A stretch of DNA of 64,000 nt, from NCBI GenBank assembly GCA_937625935.1, contig OW569360.1, positions 248,001 to 312,000 on the forward strand, in the 5' to 3' direction. The stretch comes from Tetramitus jugosus. Its lineage: Eukaryota > Protista > Heterolobosea. The translations under genes were made by a program, and so were the position numbers. The notes beneath the pieces were generated by a model. It was not told the origin of the DNA and made no database searches. It saw only the letters and a list, made by a program, of their open reading frames with translations. Of the stretch, positions 11,590 to 21,675 are shown one piece after another. The stretch's first letter is position 1. Each line of letters starts with the position of its first letter.

Positions 11590-12318
11590 ATGAGTCAACA
11601 GCACGAACAACGAGTGGCAAGAGCCAAAAAATCATGCAAAATTCCATTTGACTCCAGCGTGGTTCCCAAAGAGCTATACGATGAAGTATTGAAATGCATT
11701 GTTTCCAATGTGAAGATGGGTCCTTTCAAGGCTACATCGGGAGTCGAACTGGCTTACTACCTCAATGCCAGCACAAACTTTCTGGACAAGAATGCCGCTC
11801 CTAAAATTGTCGAAATCATGGCAGTGTACATTGAGCACTACATTCGACCATTGGTGACTAAAATTGAAGAACAACCATTTTTGTGTGTTGGTATGGAGGT
11901 TGCTGGTGGAATGCTGGTTTGTCAATTGGCCAGTGCTGGTCACTCGACCATGAATGCACTCATGGATTACACCTATATAAGAAAAGATAGGAAGTTAACG
12001 GGAACACAGCAACAATTGGAGGGACCACTCAAGTACACGAGCAGAACTGCCAACAGTCCAGTATTGAAGGCACTGTGGGTGGATGATGCTCTGAGCACTG
12101 GATCCAGCATGCTGGATGGTATTAAGCTTTTGAAGCGAGAGTATAACATTGAAGTGGTAGCAGCACTCTATCTGGTTGATCGTAGTGCAGATCGTGTCAA
12201 CCTCAGTGATCAATATCAAAAGCTCGCAGATGAAGCATTTGACAACATTCAAGTCTTTGCCATCTACGACTTGCAAGAAGTGGACGAAATTGTTCACCAA
12301 CAAAAGACCGCCAAATAA
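11590..12318 (+). CDS. Stand-alone type I phosphoribosyltransferase, orotate PRTase (PyrE)-like
   Basis: PRPP-binding motif LWVDDALSTGSS, hood GPFKATSGVELAYYLN, flexible loop IRKDRKLTGTQQQLEG and LVDRS. Confidence 0.75.
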   Translation: MSQQHEQRVARAKKSCKIPFDSSVVPKELYDEVLKCIVSNVKMGPFKATSGVELAYYLNASTNFLDKNAAPKIVEIMAVYIEHYIRPLVTKIEEQPFLCVGMEVAGGMLVCQLASAGHSTMNALMDYTYIRKDRKLTGTQQQLEGPLKYTSRTANSPVLKALWVDDALSTGSSMLDGIKLLKREYNIEVVAALYLVDRSADRVNLSDQYQKLADEAFDNIQVFAIYDLQEVDEIVHQQKTAK

Positions 12319-12463
12319 ATGATGGACCGGAAAATCTTCACCGAACCGATTGAATTCAACAATATTCCTGAACAAGCAAAAACGAGCACAAAAAAAATTG
12401 CAAGTCCACACAAAATCACATCGAGCATTCACACAACATTGACACGGACAACAGCAATTCATC

Positions 12464-13294
12464 ATGGCCCAAAAAAGAAGAAGAGACAATAAATCGCAAA
12501 AAGCGACCGAAGAACACGCATCAAAGAAAAAGAGGCAAGTCATAGAGGAAGATGCGATAAGCAGCAGTGAAGATGAACAACCAACAACAACCGACAACTA
12601 TGACAGCAACAGTGAAGACGAAAACGATGCAAACCATTACAACAATGATGACAGCAGCGATGACGATGACAATGATGAATACGATGTCGATCAATTCAAT
12701 AATGATCATAGTAGTGATGATGAAGAAGTCAATGATGATGAAGAAGCTGAAGAAATTATGAAATTCCAGGAGAAGCACATGAAGAAGATTGAACACAGAA
12801 TGCCTGGTTATCACAAGAGACTACAAAAGGAGGCACAGAAAGATGAGGGCGAAGAGCTCGTAGTGATTCCAAAATTACCGGCATTTGATGACGATAGGAC
12901 AAGGAAGCAATTCTCTGAAAATGTCGCACGTATTCTCTCATCAAAAATACCGGAGAAGAGCAAGTGGCCTTTCCCAAGTGCAAAATTACCTGTTCTCGTA
13001 TTGGCCAAGGGTAAAGCCAAGCAATTGATCAATGTAACCAAGGAGACAAAACAAGCTGACAGAGAACGTTCTGACAAGCATTCGGAAAATGAATTGATTT
13101 TGAATAGAAATCACATACTTCCATCGTTTGAGACCATGGGACTTGAGAAGGATTTGAGAGAAGTGGCAACAAGAGGTGTTGTGAAGCTGTTGAACCAAGT
13201 GGTACAACACAGAAGAAGAGACGATCAAGAGGAAGAAGCTGTGGATGACTATGCAATCCTAAGAAAATTCACAAAGTCTGGCAGGAAAAAGTAA
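12464..13294 (+). CDS. RRP15: Rrp15 pre-60S rRNA processing protein
   Basis: Acidic/basic N-terminus and a C-terminal EKDLREVATRGVVKLLNQV matching the Rrp15 signature (E..L..IA.RGVV.LFNAV). Confidence 0.8.
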   Translation: MAQKRRRDNKSQKATEEHASKKKRQVIEEDAISSSEDEQPTTTDNYDSNSEDENDANHYNNDDSSDDDDNDEYDVDQFNNDHSSDDEEVNDDEEAEEIMKFQEKHMKKIEHRMPGYHKRLQKEAQKDEGEELVVIPKLPAFDDDRTRKQFSENVARILSSKIPEKSKWPFPSAKLPVLVLAKGKAKQLINVTKETKQADRERSDKHSENELILNRNHILPSFETMGLEKDLREVATRGVVKLLNQVVQHRRRDDQEEEAVDDYAILRKFTKSGRKK

Positions 13295-13574
13295 GTGAAA
13301 AAAAACAACACACAGTGTAAATGTTCCATTCCGTAAAGTTCTTTTCTGTTCCACCCATCGACATGCATTTCCCCGTCGTACCAAGAAATACCATACCCCG
13401 ACTGCCAAATACTTGGTACCGGTGCCAACAAAACCCAAGTACCAGCCACAACCTCCATACCATACCAACGCACCAATGGCAATACATAAAAAGCGCTGTC
13501 ATAGTGTCACAGTCAACACCAAAAAACACAACCAACACCTAGGTAACTAACTAACACCAAAGATCAAGCACAAG

Positions 13575-14084
13575 ATGATGTACGCATATCCACAACCTCC
13601 ACAACCTGCCTACTACCAGTTCTGCACACTTGATCACCAAAGGCAATGTGTGATTGTGGTAGTCGATGCACAATCTCAACAGGTGAGAATGATGATCCCA
13701 TTCTGGCAGTATATCCAGCTGTGGAGATGGATATTTCCCAGCAACACCATTGCTACAATGCTCTACCACCAACAGCAGCAGCAGCAGCAACAATTGACAT
13801 TACAAGTTCAACAAGCACAGCAAGAAGAAGAAGCAGAACAACAAGATGAAGTGTTAGGCTACACGGAGGAAGAAGAGAATGAGGTTGATGCTGAAGAGGA
13901 GGCTCAACAGCCAAGCTTCTTTTCACATGCAAGTCCATCAGCACAACCAGTTGCAACTCCAGTGCTTCAAGAGATGACGGATAATTATGGCATCTCTGAC
14001 GACTTTCTCTGTGACCAGGAGGATGAGATCATGGTAGCTGGCAAGGGTAAGGATGTGAGCGAAGATGATGACTTCCTCAACTAG
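13575..14084 (+). CDS. Hypothetical orphan protein with poly-Q and an acidic tail
   Basis: 169-aa ATG ORF filling the gap between RRP15 and LEO1, preceded by CCAAT and TATA-like TACATAAAAA. No recognised domain. Confidence 0.55.
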   Translation: MMYAYPQPPQPAYYQFCTLDHQRQCVIVVVDAQSQQVRMMIPFWQYIQLWRWIFPSNTIATMLYHQQQQQQQQLTLQVQQAQQEEEAEQQDEVLGYTEEEENEVDAEEEAQQPSFFSHASPSAQPVATPVLQEMTDNYGISDDFLCDQEDEIMVAGKGKDVSEDDDFLN

Positions 14085-14265
14085 AATGGGATTCATCCCA
14101 ACCCATGTAATGTAATAATACTAAGATCCGTGAAGTGCAAATGGCACGAACAAATTTTGAATAAAGCCAAAGTTGCTTTGATTCAACAGCTGTTTCTTTC
14201 GCCTCACACAAAAAAAAACCGGAAATCACACATAAAAAAAACAACTGCGAGACAACAGCAACACA

Positions 14266-15534
14266 ATGAGTGATGAGAATGATCGTGTCGAATTTGATGA
14301 GGAAGAAGACGAAGCAACCAATTCTTCCTCTCGTCTAAGAAGAAACAATGATGATCATCTCGATGATGATGATGATGAAAATGACAGTGAAAATGAATCA
14401 ACAACCAAACAACAACAACGAACATCAAAAAGCATCAAGTACAGTTCTGATGAAGAACAAGGCAACACTACACCACCAGTGGCCAACAACACTCGTTCTG
14501 ACACTGTGTCCTTGGCTGATATTTTCGGATCAGACGACGAAGATGAAGAGAGTGATGATAGGCAATCATCAAGAGGTGGTGCATCAATGATGGACGCATC
14601 ATCAGTGTCAGGAGACATGATGATGATGGTGGGAGACTATGGTAGAAGAGGAATTTCTCAAGTGACCACTCAAGAGATTCCACCTGTTCAGGACATTCCA
14701 TCCAAGGGCCTTCTTTTGTTCAAGTTGCCTGGTGCGTTGAAGTTTGAGCCTAGAATCTATTCTAGAGAACAAATTATCATGTCTGCTGCAGAGTCACAGG
14801 ACTCTTCTACAAACTTTAGAAACACGTCGACTGTGCGATGGAGAAAAGACCCTGAAACCAATGAAAAACAGTCCAATACTCGCATTGTAAAGTGGAGTGA
14901 TGGATCGTTTACACTCCATGTCGGAGATGAAGTATTTGATATGAATGCGAGAGAGACGAGAAATGATCATGCACACTTGTACAATCGGTTAACAAACAAT
15001 GTAATTTATGGACAGGGAAAGTTTACAAAACGTTTGACTTTCCAACCAAGTACATCTAGAATGATTGCTATACAAGCATCTAACAAGAGGAAGGCTCAAC
15101 AAGTGTTAGAGAACAAGAGAAGTGCAAAGCTGACATTCTTTGCTGTGAATCCAGATCATGAAGAAGTGGTTGCATCGAGTGCAAGTAAGAAGCAAGGTGG
15201 AAGAGGTGTAGGAAGACAGAGATCCGATAGAGAAACAAAGAGCAAGCGTAATATTAACAATGCAAGGCTATCGAACAAGTTGTTGGAAGAAGGATTTGAA
15301 TCTGATGAGGATGATGAAGCTGGTGAAGGTAACATTGGCGCAATGAAGAAGAAGTACAAGAAACAAGCCAAGAAACGATACTCTGACGATGAAGAAGAAG
15401 ATGATGATGATGAAAAGGAGGGACTGTACGACGAGGAAGAAGAAGACGAAGAGGAGGAAGAAGAAGCCAACTACAGTGAGAGTGAGGAGGAGGATGATTC
15501 CTACCGCCGTTCCAAGAAGAAGCCAAGACGTTAA
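14266..15534 (+). CDS. LEO1: RNA polymerase II-associated protein Leo1 (Paf1 complex)
   Basis: TVRWR...QSNTRIVKWSDGSFTLHVGDEVFD and KRLTFQPS, flanked by acidic tracts. Confidence 0.92.
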   Translation: MSDENDRVEFDEEEDEATNSSSRLRRNNDDHLDDDDDENDSENESTTKQQQRTSKSIKYSSDEEQGNTTPPVANNTRSDTVSLADIFGSDDEDEESDDRQSSRGGASMMDASSVSGDMMMMVGDYGRRGISQVTTQEIPPVQDIPSKGLLLFKLPGALKFEPRIYSREQIIMSAAESQDSSTNFRNTSTVRWRKDPETNEKQSNTRIVKWSDGSFTLHVGDEVFDMNARETRNDHAHLYNRLTNNVIYGQGKFTKRLTFQPSTSRMIAIQASNKRKAQQVLENKRSAKLTFFAVNPDHEEVVASSASKKQGGRGVGRQRSDRETKSKRNINNARLSNKLLEEGFESDEDDEAGEGNIGAMKKKYKKQAKKRYSDDEEEDDDDEKEGLYDEEEEDEEEEEEANYSESEEEDDSYRRSKKKPRR

Positions 15535-15735
15535 ACATCATCCATGACCAATAAATAACAACTGAAATAGCATCTGAAGGAACCACTCGGCGAGAGGACT
15601 TTTACCATTAGTTCCCACCAAAAAATTGGGTTCCACCATAAAGTGGAAACAAAATTATTATTTCTGACAGCTTTTTTGCTTCGAGAATTCACCCCACACA
15701 ACAACAAGCAGTAGAAAGAAATTACGAAGATAAAG

Positions 15736-17127
15736 ATGCCAAAGAGAGCAACAGCCCCTGTCAAATACGCAGAAGAAGACTATGATACCGAGGAAGAAAC
15801 CAACAATATCAACTCCTCTGATGATGAAAGTGATGAAGGTTCTTCAAGAAAGAAAGCAAAGCTAAGTCAAGAGCAGTTGGGCACTTGGTCCGAATTGTTT
15901 GGTGGCTCCCTCATTCAATTCACCTATGCCGGATTCAATACCAAGGATCTACTTTCAACATCTGCTGCATCGTCATCTTCTACTGGTGATGATGAAGGCA
16001 CAGGTAGCAGTGGTGGTGGTGGTGTTGGAAGCAGCAGTGGAGGCAATATGATCAAGGTTGCTGGCTTTGATTTCGATAGTACTCTTGTAAACACAAAGAG
16101 TGGTCGTGCATTTGCTACTGGACCAAGTGATTGGGTTGTTTGGGACAAGTCCGTTGCTGCAAAGTTGAAATCTGCTCAGAACAATGGTTATCTGTTGGTT
16201 ATTTTCACAAATCAAAATGGTATTGCAAAGGGCAAGTTGACCGTAAGGGCACTCAAGGAGAGATTAGAAGGTTTCATGAGACATGTGGGCACAGATTTAA
16301 AGTTTTTGATCTTTGCTGCACCTAATGAAGATCACTTTAGAAAGCCTTCCACTGGCATGTGGAATCACTTGAGAGAACAAGTGTTGAAAGGATTGTCAAT
16401 TGATATGGGTTCTTCAATCTATGTCGGCGATGCTGCAGGAAGACCCAAGGATTGGGCAAAGGGAAAGAAGAAGGATCACTCGTGTGGTGACAGAAAATTT
16501 GCTCTAAATGTTGGTATTCAGTTCGCAACACCAGAAGCTTACTTTTGGGGACACAAGGAGTACACCAAGTGGACACTTCAAGGATTCGATATCAAGAGCC
16601 TGCACAATACCAAAGTTGAACCATACAAGGCCGAGGATCTCATCTCAGAGAAACAAGAGGTTGTTATGTTCGTTGGTTTTCCAGCTTCAGGCAAGAGTAC
16701 GTTTTTCAAGCGTTACTTTGAGCCAAATGGGTACCAACATGTTAATCGAGACACGCTGAAGACTCCAGCAGCCTGTCTCAAGGCATGCGTTGCAGCACTG
16801 GAAAAAGGAAAGAGTGTTGTGATTGATAACACCAATCCAGATGCGGCATCCAGAGAGAGTTATATTGATGCTGCCAAAGAACATAATGTCCCAGTCAGGT
16901 GCTTCCGATTCAACACAAGCGAAGAATTAGCAAAACATTTGAATGTGTATCGTGAGAATAAGACCAGAGGCCAACACAAGCATGTACCTGGTGTTGCCTA
17001 TAACATGTACAAGAAGAAGTTTGATGAGCCAAAAACTTCTGAAGGTTTCTCAGAAGTTAGACAAATCAACTTTATTCCAGTGGTGACCGAAGACAAGGCA
17101 AACAGCTCATTCTATCACTATACTTAA
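15736..17127 (+). CDS. PNKP: Bifunctional polynucleotide 3'-phosphatase/5'-kinase
   Basis: HAD motifs FDFDSTL, IFTNQNG, FRKPSTGMW, YVGDAAGR and DRKFALN; kinase P-loop GFPASGKST, NRDTL and VIDNTN. Confidence 0.95.
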   Translation: MPKRATAPVKYAEEDYDTEEETNNINSSDDESDEGSSRKKAKLSQEQLGTWSELFGGSLIQFTYAGFNTKDLLSTSAASSSSTGDDEGTGSSGGGGVGSSSGGNMIKVAGFDFDSTLVNTKSGRAFATGPSDWVVWDKSVAAKLKSAQNNGYLLVIFTNQNGIAKGKLTVRALKERLEGFMRHVGTDLKFLIFAAPNEDHFRKPSTGMWNHLREQVLKGLSIDMGSSIYVGDAAGRPKDWAKGKKKDHSCGDRKFALNVGIQFATPEAYFWGHKEYTKWTLQGFDIKSLHNTKVEPYKAEDLISEKQEVVMFVGFPASGKSTFFKRYFEPNGYQHVNRDTLKTPAACLKACVAALEKGKSVVIDNTNPDAASRESYIDAAKEHNVPVRCFRFNTSEELAKHLNVYRENKTRGQHKHVPGVAYNMYKKKFDEPKTSEGFSEVRQINFIPVVTEDKANSSFYHYT

Positions 17128-17135
17128 TATGTACA

Positions 17136-18278
17136 CTATTTGTGAATGATTTGAGATAAAAGAGCACTCACTCGCTCCACTTCGATATCATACTCTTCCT
17201 CTTCTTCACCCACGGACAACAAGAGCTGTCGTCTCTTCTGTCGGTCACTCTGGCTCCTCTTGCTCAGAATACCCAATTGTGGGTAAACGTTGTTGGTTCG
17301 AATCGTTCTTTTGCCAACATCATACCACTTGCGTTCTCTATTTGTTGTTGCGGCCATGTGAATCGGATCTTCGTCAAACTCTTGAAAGATTGAGTTATTA
17401 ATCTCTCTGTAGTACTCATCTTTCTCTATGGGTCCCCACAAATATGACCGAACAAAACGAGTCAAGGTATCGTTCTCAGCGTCAATATCAGCTTGACTTC
17501 GCCTGTTCAATATCTTCAAGTTATGTTCAATATTCACAGCATCCAAAACACATTCGTCATACAATTGCTGAATTTCATCAAAGTCCCGAATCAAGTGAAA
17601 ACTGGGAACAGGTTTCCTCGAATCCACTTCTTCATTATCACCCATCGTAAAGGTATCTGGTTGAATCATGTGTCTATTATCCAGAGTAAACAACAAATAA
17701 TCCAATCGCTTCTTGTTAAACTCGTGCCTCCGTCGATTCATTTCAATTTCATGCCTCACCTTTCTGATCCTGCGAGACTTGCTTCTGTTTTGCAACAATA
17801 CTGCACCGCCACTGGCACCAGGTGCTCTCCGACTTGAAGAACCAGACACTGCTGCTGTTCGTGCCAACTCTGTTGTCGTATCAATTTCAAATGCAGTCTT
17901 GTGAACTCTTTGAATGTGAGATATCAAGTCATTCACACTGATACTCGGTGCAGTAAATCGAGAATGGTTATCTGATGCATCATCCACCAAGCTTGGAGCA
18001 AAATCGTGTTCATTTACATGATGATTCCGAAAGTACCATTCATCGGAATTGGAACCAATCGGTTCCCACCGAGGATCCAAAGGCATTTCAACCATCTCTA
18101 CTCTGTTGTCGTCATTTTCGTTCCATGCCGTGGAGACCAAGTCAGAGAATGCTTGAGCAATCGATCGCAGCATGATTTTCGCTTGCTCTATGTTTGTTTT
18201 CACAAGAATTTTTTTGTTGTGTCCCACATGATTTGTTTCCAGCGACACACCAATCGAACAAGTAATGTTTCCATCCAC
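17136..18278 (-). CDS. Hypothetical protein, helical/charged
   Basis: 380-aa uninterrupted ORF filling the space between PNKP and PP2C. No recognised motif; start codon uncertain. Confidence 0.7.
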   Translation of the reverse strand: MDGNITCSIGVSLETNHVGHNKKILVKTNIEQAKIMLRSIAQAFSDLVSTAWNENDDNRVEMVEMPLDPRWEPIGSNSDEWYFRNHHVNEHDFAPSLVDDASDNHSRFTAPSISVNDLISHIQRVHKTAFEIDTTTELARTAAVSGSSSRRAPGASGGAVLLQNRSKSRRIRKVRHEIEMNRRRHEFNKKRLDYLLFTLDNRHMIQPDTFTMGDNEEVDSRKPVPSFHLIRDFDEIQQLYDECVLDAVNIEHNLKILNRRSQADIDAENDTLTRFVRSYLWGPIEKDEYYREINNSIFQEFDEDPIHMAATTNRERKWYDVGKRTIRTNNVYPQLGILSKRSQSDRQKRRQLLLSVGEEEEEYDIEVERVSALLSQIIHK

Positions 18279-18534
18279 TCTCTCCTCTTGTCAAAATTCA
18301 AATAACAAAATGATGTTTATTAAACCATAGATCTGTTCTGAGACGAATTGAGGAGAACATAGCCTAACTGATTACCATTTTGCTGCAACTTTTCTTGGTT
18401 CCAAAAAAAGCCCACAATTCCATCATCATCCCTGCATTCTCCATCTACGACATCCACCAACAAACGAAAAGTTTTCATTCTTTTGGCGAACAATCAAAAA
18501 AAAAAATAATACAAAAACAAGAACAACAACAACC

Positions 18535-19635
18535 ATGGATCTACCAACCATCACCACCACATCTGCCACCGCACATCATCATCATCATCATCGTCATCAT
18601 CACACAAACACCAACACAAATCAACCAGTGTTGGATCCCACACTCGTGCCCACTGGTCCACTCACATCCATCACTGACATTGGATTCGTCGAGGATCAAA
18701 ATGCCAGATTCAGAAAAACAATGGAAGATGGTCATGCAATGATTGATGGATTCCGAGGTGTTTCACACGATGGTTTCTTTGCCATTTATGATGGTCATGG
18801 TGGTAAGGCCGCAGTGACCCATGTTCAAAAAATGTTTCACAAGATTTTTGAAGATGAGATGAACATGTTGGATGGGCATAGTAGTACTCATCAGAGTACA
18901 ATTGTTGGTGATGTCAATGAGAGAATTCGATTGACTCATGCAGCGTTCATGAGTACCTATAGACGAATGGATGAAGAGTTGAAGGAAGCTCTCTACAATG
19001 GCACTACTGCCATCACTTGTTATCTCACTAGAGATTTCACAACAACAACAACAGCAACAACTAACAAAAATGATAATAACAACAATAATAACAATGATAA
19101 TAATAATGAAAGTAATGAAAATGATGATAAAAAAACAAACAACAATTATGATCAATTGTTGTTCACATCCAACTGTGGTGATGCACGTGTGGTTCTATCA
19201 CAGAATGGACAAGCTCATCGACTCACATTTGATCACAAGGCAAGTGAGGCATCAGAGGTGCAACGCATTAGAGATTCACACGGATTTGTCGCATTCAACA
19301 GAGTCAATGGTATATTGGCTGTTACGAGAGCATTGGGTGACTATGCAATGAAACAGTGGGTCATATCCGAACCATATCAATCATGCTTTAGAATACCAGC
19401 AAAGACGAATCGTAGCACAAGTAATAACAATAATAATAATGACGCTGATGATTTTTTGATTTTGGCATGTGATGGACTGTGGGATGTTTTTGAAGATCAG
19501 GAATGTGTGGATTTTGTGAGTCATTTGTTCCAACAGCATCGCATGTCTGCTCAAGATGCAGCACAGAAACTGTTGCACAAATCGTTGGAGAAGGGTAGCA
19601 CGGACAATATTTCGATCATGGTGATCAAGTTGTGA
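18535..19635 (+). CDS. Protein phosphatase 2C (Ptc1-like PPM)
   Basis: RKTMEDGH, IYDGHGG, NCGDAR, DHKAS, LAVTRALGD, LACDGLWD and STDNIS. Confidence 0.95.
   Translation: MDLPTITTTSATAHHHHHHRHHHTNTNTNQPVLDPTLVPTGPLTSITDIGFVEDQNARFRKTMEDGHAMIDGFRGVSHDGFFAIYDGHGGKAAVTHVQKMFHKIFEDEMNMLDGHSSTHQSTIVGDVNERIRLTHAAFMSTYRRMDEELKEALYNGTTAITCYLTRDFTTTTTATTNKNDNNNNNNNDNNNESNENDDKKTNNNYDQLLFTSNCGDARVVLSQNGQAHRLTFDHKASEASEVQRIRDSHGFVAFNRVNGILAVTRALGDYAMKQWVISEPYQSCFRIPAKTNRSTSNNNNNNDADDFLILACDGLWDVFEDQECVDFVSHLFQQHRMSAQDAAQKLLHKSLEKGSTDNISIMVIKL
19040..19147 (+). repeat. Degenerate (ACA/AAC/AAT)n trinucleotide tract encoding a poly-T/poly-N loop in PP2C
   Basis: Seen directly in the sequence. Similar tracts occur in DOCK (46370-46403, 46840-46882), the 54642 ORF and MPI. 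Confidence 0.8.
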
Positions 19636-19852
19636 AACTGTTCATGCAAGCTTGTGTTGTGTGATGTGATACAACATGGTGGAAGGAATGGAAAGGATGA
19701 TTCTAGGACACAAACAACAAATGAACAAATCTATTAAACGCAAGAGAATCAATCGACAACAAAACAGTATCAAAAAGCTCTCGACAGAAGAAGAAAAAGT
19801 CTCTCTCTTGTTTCGTGGTAGTACTACAATTGATGATGATCCTTTTTATTGT

Positions 19853-20773
19853 TTAGAAGGAGAAGATGTGATCTCTGGTAAACTTCAAGTCAGTCAAGTG
19901 CTTCTTCATGACATTGATCATTGGCAGAGGACCGCACAACAAAATCTTTGAGTCGGCAGATGGCTTTGGCAAATGTTCATCAATGTGGTCAGCAGTGATG
20001 AATCCTCTGCCCATCTTCCATGCTTCTGAAGCATTGTTCAACACGTGATACACCTTAAAGTTGTGATACTTGGATGCCAAGGCATCAATATCCTCTCTCA
20101 AAATGATGTCATCCTCAGTTATATTACCATAGAGCAATGTAATCTTTGTGGAGTCGTCAGAGTGCTTCAAAACTTCCTTGATGACTTGCAACATTGGAGT
20201 AATGCCTGATCCACCAGCAATCATACCAATCTCCTTAAACTTGTTCTTCTCATAGACAAATCTGCCACTTGGTCCTTGAACTTCAATCTCATCACCCACC
20301 TTCAACTTGTCAAACACTTGACCAGTCATCTTTCCCTGTGGGTAAATCTTGATGACCAAGTCAAAGTATCCCTTGTCATCATTGGTGCTAGTAGGTGTGT
20401 AACTTCTCAATATTGGCTCTGGTTCGTTTGGTAGTTGAGCTCTGATACGAATGTGTTGACCAATTGGCAATCCCAAGGAGTCTTCTGGATTTGGAAGGCG
20501 GAAGCGGAATAATTTGACGGGGAATTGAACGGATTCACCCTTGGTCAAAAGTTCAATCTTTTCGAGCTTAAACTTGCGGAATTCTTCCTTGTGCAAAACA
20601 GTGCTGACTTGAACGGTGGATGGAGTAGTGGTCATTGTAGTTGTTGTGTCCTTGTTGGACTTGACGACTGTGGTGGATGACTTGTTGCCGTTGAGGAATG
20701 TACGGACAACGATGATAGCAGTAATTGTGATGGCTGCAATACCAATCACTTTGGTAAGATCTCCGTCGAACAT
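19853..20773 (-). CDS. NADH-cytochrome b5 reductase, membrane-anchored
   Basis: N-terminal hydrophobic anchor, LGLPIGQHI, RSYTPTS, LVIKIYPQGKMT, GMIAGGSGITPMLQ and LLCGPLPM. Confidence 0.95.
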   Translation of the reverse strand: MFDGDLTKVIGIAAITITAIIVVRTFLNGNKSSTTVVKSNKDTTTTMTTTPSTVQVSTVLHKEEFRKFKLEKIELLTKGESVQFPVKLFRFRLPNPEDSLGLPIGQHIRIRAQLPNEPEPILRSYTPTSTNDDKGYFDLVIKIYPQGKMTGQVFDKLKVGDEIEVQGPSGRFVYEKNKFKEIGMIAGGSGITPMLQVIKEVLKHSDDSTKITLLYGNITEDDIILREDIDALASKYHNFKVYHVLNNASEAWKMGRGFITADHIDEHLPKPSADSKILLCGPLPMINVMKKHLTDLKFTRDHIFSF

Positions 20774-20967
20774 GGCGCTTTTTGTTTTGTTGTGTTGTTT
20801 TTTTCTTCTCAGTTGAAGGGAAGAATGACATGGCTATTTCCCGTCATCAATTCCCGCATCTCTGGAGAAACTTCACACACTTCCACCAAATGATTGAACA
20901 CCCGAATTTGTTGAACATTCAACATCAAACACCGCACCAAACACAACAGAAAGCAACACAACTAAAA

Positions 20968-21609
20968 ATGAGCAACACAACAGCACAACAACAACAGATT
21001 CAATTACAATCATTCATCAATCACAATGCACCAAACTTGCAACCCGATATTATCCCAATGGGTCTCAACGATCAAAATTTGACCAAATTATTCACATTGG
21101 AGAAAAACAACAACACAAGCAATGAACAACAGAACAATAGCAACAACGCAAACAATGAAGAAGCGCTATCCTATTTGATACGGAAATATGTTCCATCGAA
21201 CAAAAAGTGCACAGTAACGAATTGTGGTCAGTCAATCAACAGTGAAAATCCTCATTTCGTCACGGTGCATCAAATCGATTTTGTAAAGAATGTTTATTCG
21301 ATTCAAAAGGCGCACTACATGTGTGAAATGTGTTATCAATGCAATGATTTGAATGGATTTTTGAATCAAATGACAAATGAGGGAGAATCGGAGAAACAGT
21401 CGGGAACAGTAGGAAGAGGAGAATTAGTGAACCATTTTGCGCGGGTGAATGGTCTCAAGACTGTTCATGCAGTTCAAGAGGTTTACAATGTAGCTTACGC
21501 GCTGAGAACGACTGCTTCCTATTTGCCATTGACTCTTTCACTGCCAAAGGCCAACACTGCTAGTGAGCTATTGGAACAATTGATTGTTGTGAAAACACCA
21601 AACAAGTAA
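20968..21609 (+). CDS. Zinc-finger protein resembling a degenerate HNH (His-Me) endonuclease
   Basis: Start MSNTTAQ at 20968. Contains LQPDIIP...NLTKL, CTVTNC, CEMC and NHFARVNG. The pattern recalls a prokaryotic/viral HNH family, but the catalytic His positions are substituted. Confidence 0.5.
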   Translation: MSNTTAQQQQIQLQSFINHNAPNLQPDIIPMGLNDQNLTKLFTLEKNNNTSNEQQNNSNNANNEEALSYLIRKYVPSNKKCTVTNCGQSINSENPHFVTVHQIDFVKNVYSIQKAHYMCEMCYQCNDLNGFLNQMTNEGESEKQSGTVGRGELVNHFARVNGLKTVHAVQEVYNVAYALRTTASYLPLTLSLPKANTASELLEQLIVVKTPNK

Positions 21610-21675
21610 TACATTTCTGACTCGATACAACCCAATAAAATCACAAATACAATACAATAGTTTGAGAGCATTTAT

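Noticed and set aside
13543-13562. 20-nt GTAACTAACTAAC..AG micro-intron in the leader of the orphan gene
   Set aside because: Far shorter than the other inferred introns (62-221 nt) and untestable without cDNA.
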